Origin: an uncultured bacterium
GTDB lineage: Bacteria; Patescibacteriota; Minisyncoccia; Moranbacterales; UBA2206
Length of the DNA stretch: 64,000 bases
Direction of reading: 5' to 3'
NCBI GenBank assembly: GCA_903937035.1
Contig: CAIZXS010000012.1
Location: 18,314-82,313 of the forward strand
Every line of letters begins with the position of its first letter. Positions within the stretch are counted from its first letter, which is position 1. The notes beneath the pieces are model-generated. The model was not told the origin of the DNA and ran no database searches. It was given only the letters and a program-made list of their open reading frames with translations. The position numbers and the translations under genes were made by a program. This document shows positions 59,471 through 64,000 of the stretch, in pieces.

Positions 59471-59691
59471 GGGGGAGCTTTCCTGAAAGACACTCCCCCG
59501 ACGGAGTTTGATCGCGCTGAAGGTTTCCTTAACCAGCTGAACTTTCTCAGCTGATCACATCAGAACAGGCCCTGGTTTTTCACGGGTCTTACAAAGACTC
59601 GTCGAGGGACTTTGCCCTCGATCTGCTCCAAAATGCGTAGCTCATCGGCTAGCAAATAAGCGGTCAGAGACCCTAGCTCACAATCACACTC
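59471..59691 (-). ncRNA. Structured non-coding RNA candidate (188-nt core plus 3' hairpin), possibly 6S-like
   Basis: GC-rich intergenic island; 13-bp closing stem 59679-59691/59504-59516 with G-U pairs on the minus strand; at least five inner helices. Confidence 0.65.
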
Positions 59692-59748
59692 TATATTTAT
59701 ACAATCAGGTTTTCTACGTGTAGTCAAGTTGGACATTGCCCGGTTCTC

Positions 59749-59777
59749 TTGACTTTTTGCTTTAATTGTGCTATTAT
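59749..59777 (+). promoter_or_regulatory. Sigma70-type promoter
   Basis: TTGACT-17-TATTAT with extended TG. Confidence 0.65.
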
Positions 59778-59884
59778 TAAAAATCGTACGTGGACAATTT
59801 ATTTGTTCGAATTGTCTCGCTAAATGGCCATTTTTTGCTACTTTTCGTAGCTTTATTTTTTAACAACTTTGGGAGAAAAGTTCA

Positions 59885-61132
59885 ATGAAAAGATTGATTC
59901 TGGTATGTTTTCTCGTGGCGACTATAGTTGTGTTTTACTCTTCTGGTGTTTTTGCAAAGAGTGAGATTGTCAGCAGTATTAATCTGGTCAATAAAATCCA
60001 AGATATTGCCGTGGACGGCAATGGCATTATTTATGCCACGACCGATTACAGCAGTAACGCCTGGGATGGAGATGTTTTTAAGCTCCAGCTCAGTGGGAAT
60101 CAGCTGCAAAAAATTTCCTCTTTGCGTGGAAATGGATTCCGTAATCGGGATGCTTTTTCTGAAATGTCCATTTTGAACGGGAGGGGCTATGTGCTCTCAA
60201 CCTACTCTGAATCTTGTGGAATTGTGGCGGATTTGAGTACCATGACAATCGCCGTGCCCATTGGTATGGAATGTCAAATAAAGGACTCAAAAATTATTAC
60301 CACTGATGGCGTTGATATTTATATTGGTGGTGGAATGTTGAGTGGTGGAAAGACTGTGCCCTATGTGCGGTCATATGTCCCACTTTCCAATGGAGAGCTG
60401 AATTATCAGAGCGCCGTTACTCCCGAAGGAATTCCTGAGAAAGTATTTTTTCAGCCAGAAAAGAAGTATCTCTTCCTGGCGATGGGAAATGCTGGGATCG
60501 GGGCTTGGGACACAACCGATCCAAGAGCTCTCTGGAAGTTGGGTCAGCCGCGAGACACTTTCTACACTGCGGATGGCTATGATTATTTCAAAAGAGCCAT
60601 CGATATGGTGTCGGAAAATCAATATGTCTATGCGCTGGCTGGGGATGATCAATGTTGGAGGGGTGTATTGGCGATCATTAGTTTGACCGAACCAAGCTAT
60701 GATGAGTATTGGTTTCGGTTCGCTAATCAGGTTGGTGGGCTGGATATTGATGACGGACCATTATTTTTGAAAAAAAGTGGTAATCGAATTTTTATCGCTA
60801 CAAAAACATCCAGCATTCTCGTTGTGGATGTTTCAGACGCGATGAAGCCAAAGCTTATCGAGACAATCTCAATCATGGCAACAGATTTTGAAGTGATTGA
60901 GGATAAGCTCATTGTGGCCAGTGACAACCTTTTACAAGTTGTGCAGTTGGCCGGTGAAAAAATCGTTGGCGACATCAATGATGATGGCAAGGTCGATCTG
61001 GCTGATGCAATTTTGGCATTACAAGTCACGAGCGGAAAAAGCGTGACTGTTAAGGTCGAAAATGGTGTCAATGGAAAAATCGGCCTCACGGAGGCTGTGT
61101 ATGCCTTGCAAAAAACTGTAGGGCTGCGTTAG
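59885..61132 (+). CDS. Secreted LVIVD-like beta-propeller protein with a C-terminal dockerin-like domain
   Basis: Signal peptide; ILVVDVSDAMKPKLI; GDINDDGKVDLADAILALQ...NGKIGLTEAVYALQ. Confidence 0.8.
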   Translation: MKRLILVCFLVATIVVFYSSGVFAKSEIVSSINLVNKIQDIAVDGNGIIYATTDYSSNAWDGDVFKLQLSGNQLQKISSLRGNGFRNRDAFSEMSILNGRGYVLSTYSESCGIVADLSTMTIAVPIGMECQIKDSKIITTDGVDIYIGGGMLSGGKTVPYVRSYVPLSNGELNYQSAVTPEGIPEKVFFQPEKKYLFLAMGNAGIGAWDTTDPRALWKLGQPRDTFYTADGYDYFKRAIDMVSENQYVYALAGDDQCWRGVLAIISLTEPSYDEYWFRFANQVGGLDIDDGPLFLKKSGNRIFIATKTSSILVVDVSDAMKPKLIETISIMATDFEVIEDKLIVASDNLLQVVQLAGEKIVGDINDDGKVDLADAILALQVTSGKSVTVKVENGVNGKIGLTEAVYALQKTVGLR

Positions 61133-61134
61133 AA

Positions 61135-61172
61135 AAAAGGACCATCCGGGAGATTTCCCGGATGGTCCTTTT
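61135..61172. terminator. Bidirectional terminator
   Basis: aaaaggaccatccggga-gatt-tcccggatggtcctttt. Confidence 0.9.
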
Positions 61173-61243
61173 CTTATACTTTAGAATTGTATGAGCAGTA
61201 GCTGTTAAGTTGGTGCTCATTTTTTTGTGCTTTTTGGCAGTAA

Positions 61244-61990
61244 TTATTCCTGCTTCCCATTTGCAAGAATGCGCAGACTTTCTTTGATGGTACACAGCTC
61301 TAGTTCTTTTTCTTTGAGTCTTTTTCGGAGATCATCAACGAGGGCATCTTTTAGCTTCAACTCGCTTTGACAGGTTGTTCTATCATCCATACAGTTGGCA
61401 AGATTTTTTCTCACTGGGCAGTCGTCGCATTTTTCTGCTTGCAACCGTTTGGCTTCAGCAGTAAAACGCACAAGGCAAGTGTGGATTGACCCAATCAATG
61501 ATGGATCTATCTTTTGGAATGGAGCTGGCAACTCCATGGTTGGCTGATCTGACGGGAGTGGCTGTTTTTCTGAAAGAGAATCGGCGATCGTTTTCTCAAT
61601 CTTTTCCTTGACATAAGTCTCCTGGATTATCTCCCAGGTTATGCCGTCATCCAGAAGTTGCTTCAAGGGCTTCGTATACCAGCTTTGCTTGATAGACACG
61701 AGATGTTGCATACGCGCCTTGGCCTTTTCGTCTCCTCGCAATACACCCCAGGTTAATTTATAAAGACTCAATGTGAACTTTATAATTCCCACAGATGATG
61801 CACATTCTGCGGCCTCTAATTCCAGCATTATTTCAGGGAATCTTGAGCGGTGAATTTTAAAGTCAGGCGTTGCCCAACTTATGATTATTTTTCTAGCTTT
61901 AAGCACTTTTGGATCCGTTTCTCTTCTGTATGATGGTGAAAAGCGAGAAATAAAATCCGCAGCCTTGTTTAGTCGTGCATTTGTTGTCAT
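61244..61990 (-). CDS. Hypothetical protein with a C-terminal coiled coil
   Basis: Open 248-aa frame, GGGAG SD, CxxC motif. Confidence 0.65.
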   Translation of the reverse strand: MTTNARLNKAADFISRFSPSYRRETDPKVLKARKIIISWATPDFKIHRSRFPEIMLELEAAECASSVGIIKFTLSLYKLTWGVLRGDEKAKARMQHLVSIKQSWYTKPLKQLLDDGITWEIIQETYVKEKIEKTIADSLSEKQPLPSDQPTMELPAPFQKIDPSLIGSIHTCLVRFTAEAKRLQAEKCDDCPVRKNLANCMDDRTTCQSELKLKDALVDDLRKRLKEKELELCTIKESLRILANGKQE

Positions 61991-62127
61991 AACTCTAGTC
62001 TCCCTAGTGTATTGTTAATATGCTTTATTTCTAGCGATAATTTAGTAATAGATATTAATAGCACAAAACAAAAGCTTTGTAAAGAGCGCGGTTTGCCTTT
62101 TTTGCTTATCTGGCTTAGATTATATAT

Positions 62128-63405
62128 ATGAAAAAAATTGAACTTTTAGCGCCGGCTGGCGACCTAAATAAACTAAAATACGCCCTAGCCTTTGGCGCGG
62201 ACGCCGTTTATTGCGGTGTGCCGGATTTTTCTTTGCGGGTGCGGATCAATCGGTTTTCGGATAATGATTTAACTAAAGCTGTGGAATACGTGCATGCGCG
62301 CAAAAAAAAGATTTATGTGACGCTGAATATCTATGCTCACAATCAGCATTTGGAAAAAATCAAAAAGCACATTCAATTCTTGAAAAAGTTGAAAGTTGAT
62401 GCGATTATCGCTAGTGACCCAGGGATAATTCTCCTTATCCAAAAATATTGGCCAAAGTGTGAAATTCATCTCTCTACCCAAGCCAATGTGACCAACTTTG
62501 CGGCGGTAGAGTTTTGGAAAAAGCAGAGTGTGAAAAGAATTATTCTCGCGCGAGAAGTTTCACTCTCGGAGATTAAGGAAATCAAGAAGCAAACGAAAAA
62601 TATTGAGCTGGAATATTTTGTTCATGGCGCGATGTGCATGAGTTATTCCGGGCGCTGTATTTTGTCCAAATGGATGACGGACCGCAGTGCCAATCTGGGT
62701 GATTGTTCGCAGCCGTGTCGGTGGGAATACCATGAAACATGTAACATGAAACATGAAACAAAAAATGCAGGGGGCGATAATTTCCTTAGTATGAGTGTGA
62801 TTGATGATCAAAAACGCTATGGGATGGATGTGGAGGAAGATGCACACGGGACATATTTTTTTAATAGTTATGACATGAATTTGCTTCCGCACCTTTCTGA
62901 TTTACGTGAGGCGGGCGTGGAGTCATTCAAGATTGAAGGACGAGCCAAAAGTGCCTATTATCTAGCAATTGTGACACGAGCCTATCGTGCCGTGCTTGAT
63001 GCCTTGGAAAATAATCTGCCAGTAAAAGAAACCAAAGCGATCATTAAAAAGCAAAAAATCGAACTGGATAACTTAGTACACCGTGGATATTCAACCGGCT
63101 TTCTTTTGGGGCGAGAGCCGGAGCATAATTTTGAAAATAAAAATAATCCGGCTAAATTTCAATTTGTGGGCGAGGTGAGGGGAGTGGAAGGAAATCTTAA
63201 TATTTTACGCGTGCACAATCACGTTGCTATTGGAGACAAATTGGAAGCAATAACACCGAAAGAAAACATCAAGCTTAAAATAAAAAGGATTTTAGATTAT
63301 AATAAAAATGAAGTGGCAGTGGCTGATGGCGGGCACAATAGGGAGTACTATTTTGAATTTGATAAAAAACTGGAAAGCGGAAGTTTGGTGCGGAAAGTGA
63401 TCTAA
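62128..63405 (+). CDS. U32-family peptidase (TrhP-like tRNA hydroxylation protein)
   Basis: ELLAPAG, GADAVY, HLSTQAN, HGAMCMSYSGRC, CSQPCR, FKIEGR. Confidence 0.93.
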   Translation: MKKIELLAPAGDLNKLKYALAFGADAVYCGVPDFSLRVRINRFSDNDLTKAVEYVHARKKKIYVTLNIYAHNQHLEKIKKHIQFLKKLKVDAIIASDPGIILLIQKYWPKCEIHLSTQANVTNFAAVEFWKKQSVKRIILAREVSLSEIKEIKKQTKNIELEYFVHGAMCMSYSGRCILSKWMTDRSANLGDCSQPCRWEYHETCNMKHETKNAGGDNFLSMSVIDDQKRYGMDVEEDAHGTYFFNSYDMNLLPHLSDLREAGVESFKIEGRAKSAYYLAIVTRAYRAVLDALENNLPVKETKAIIKKQKIELDNLVHRGYSTGFLLGREPEHNFENKNNPAKFQFVGEVRGVEGNLNILRVHNHVAIGDKLEAITPKENIKLKIKRILDYNKNEVAVADGGHNREYYFEFDKKLESGSLVRKVI

Positions 63406-63443
63406 AAAGTTTAAAGCGTAAACTTAAAAACTAATATAAAATT

Positions 63444-63893
63444 ATGCGAGAAGATAGGGTCTATAAAATTGAAGTGCATGTGGCGGGAATTTGTTTTTGG
63501 GGCGATAAGGTGCTGATTGTGAAAAGAAACTCCAAAAGGAGGCTCTATCCTAATCTTTGGGAGTGTGGTGGTGGACAAGTTAGAAATGGAGAAAACTTTG
63601 AGGAGGCCTTGATTCGTGGACAGAGAGAAGAATTGGGCGTCGAAATCAAGCCGTTGCGGATGCTCAAAAATTTAGGTACCTATGAGATTATTACCAATAA
63701 TCCCGAGCAATCAAAGATTCCGGGAGTTAAAATTTTTTGTGAAATCGTTGGCTTTGCACGTGGCAAAGAGCCAGAAATTACTGACGAGCATAGTGAGTGG
63801 AAATTTATTTCCAAAGCGGAAATTGGTGATTATGAATTTATTCCTGGGTTGAAAGATGAGATTAGAGAGGCGTATGGGATGATAGAAAAATAA
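63444..63893 (+). CDS. NUDIX hydrolase
   Basis: GGGQVRNGENFEEALIRGQREELG Nudix box, slightly degenerate. Confidence 0.88.
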   Translation: MREDRVYKIEVHVAGICFWGDKVLIVKRNSKRRLYPNLWECGGGQVRNGENFEEALIRGQREELGVEIKPLRMLKNLGTYEIITNNPEQSKIPGVKIFCEIVGFARGKEPEITDEHSEWKFISKAEIGDYEFIPGLKDEIREAYGMIEK

Positions 63894-64000
63894 AGCCAGG
63901 GCGTTGACATTTGTGCTTGCTTATAATACATTAACCCAAAGTAGCTTGAAGCTACTTTTTTGTACCTAAGATATTAAATATTCCATTTAATGATAATTTT

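Noticed and set aside
59471-59691. RNase P RNA or hammerhead ribozyme assignment
   Set aside because: GAAAGT segments lie in hairpin loops with no P4 partner; the CTGATG and CCGATGAG stretches lack the required stem and NUH arrangement
63904-63960. Promoter-like TTGACA plus palindrome aaagtagctt-g-aagctacttt
   Set aside because: Could be a terminator or an operator; the downstream gene is outside the window, so no call was made

Overview
AT-rich chromosomal window, most likely from a Candidate Phyla Radiation (Parcubacteria-like) bacterium. This is inferred from gene content and style: mostly SD-less core genes, a compact pilB/C/M/N/O locus, short UvrC, and tRNA-Arg(GCG). It carries SOS/repair genes (lexA, two uvrA paralogs, uvrC, recG), groL under a CIRCE operator, a two-component system with a type IV pilus operon, tsaD, tgt, a U32 peptidase, comF, nine intact tRNAs, and several surface proteins including a 4273-aa giant. 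The most unusual signals are: (1) a complete tRNA-Glu nested inside the anticodon loop of a second tRNA-Glu and bracketed by CCCCACACCAATTTT inverted repeats, with a related scar at tRNA-Arg(GCG) and a related IR element in the lexA leader; (2) a 188-nt highly structured orphan RNA candidate after tgt; (3) about 135-nt G-U-compensated hairpin repeats that bracket the giant protein gene and a serine-hydrolase/PrsW pair; (4) several families of small palindromic elements, some nested in each other and some inserted in-frame in housekeeping genes. No transposase, integrase, reverse transcriptase or CRISPR array was seen. All calls are by eye, without database searches.
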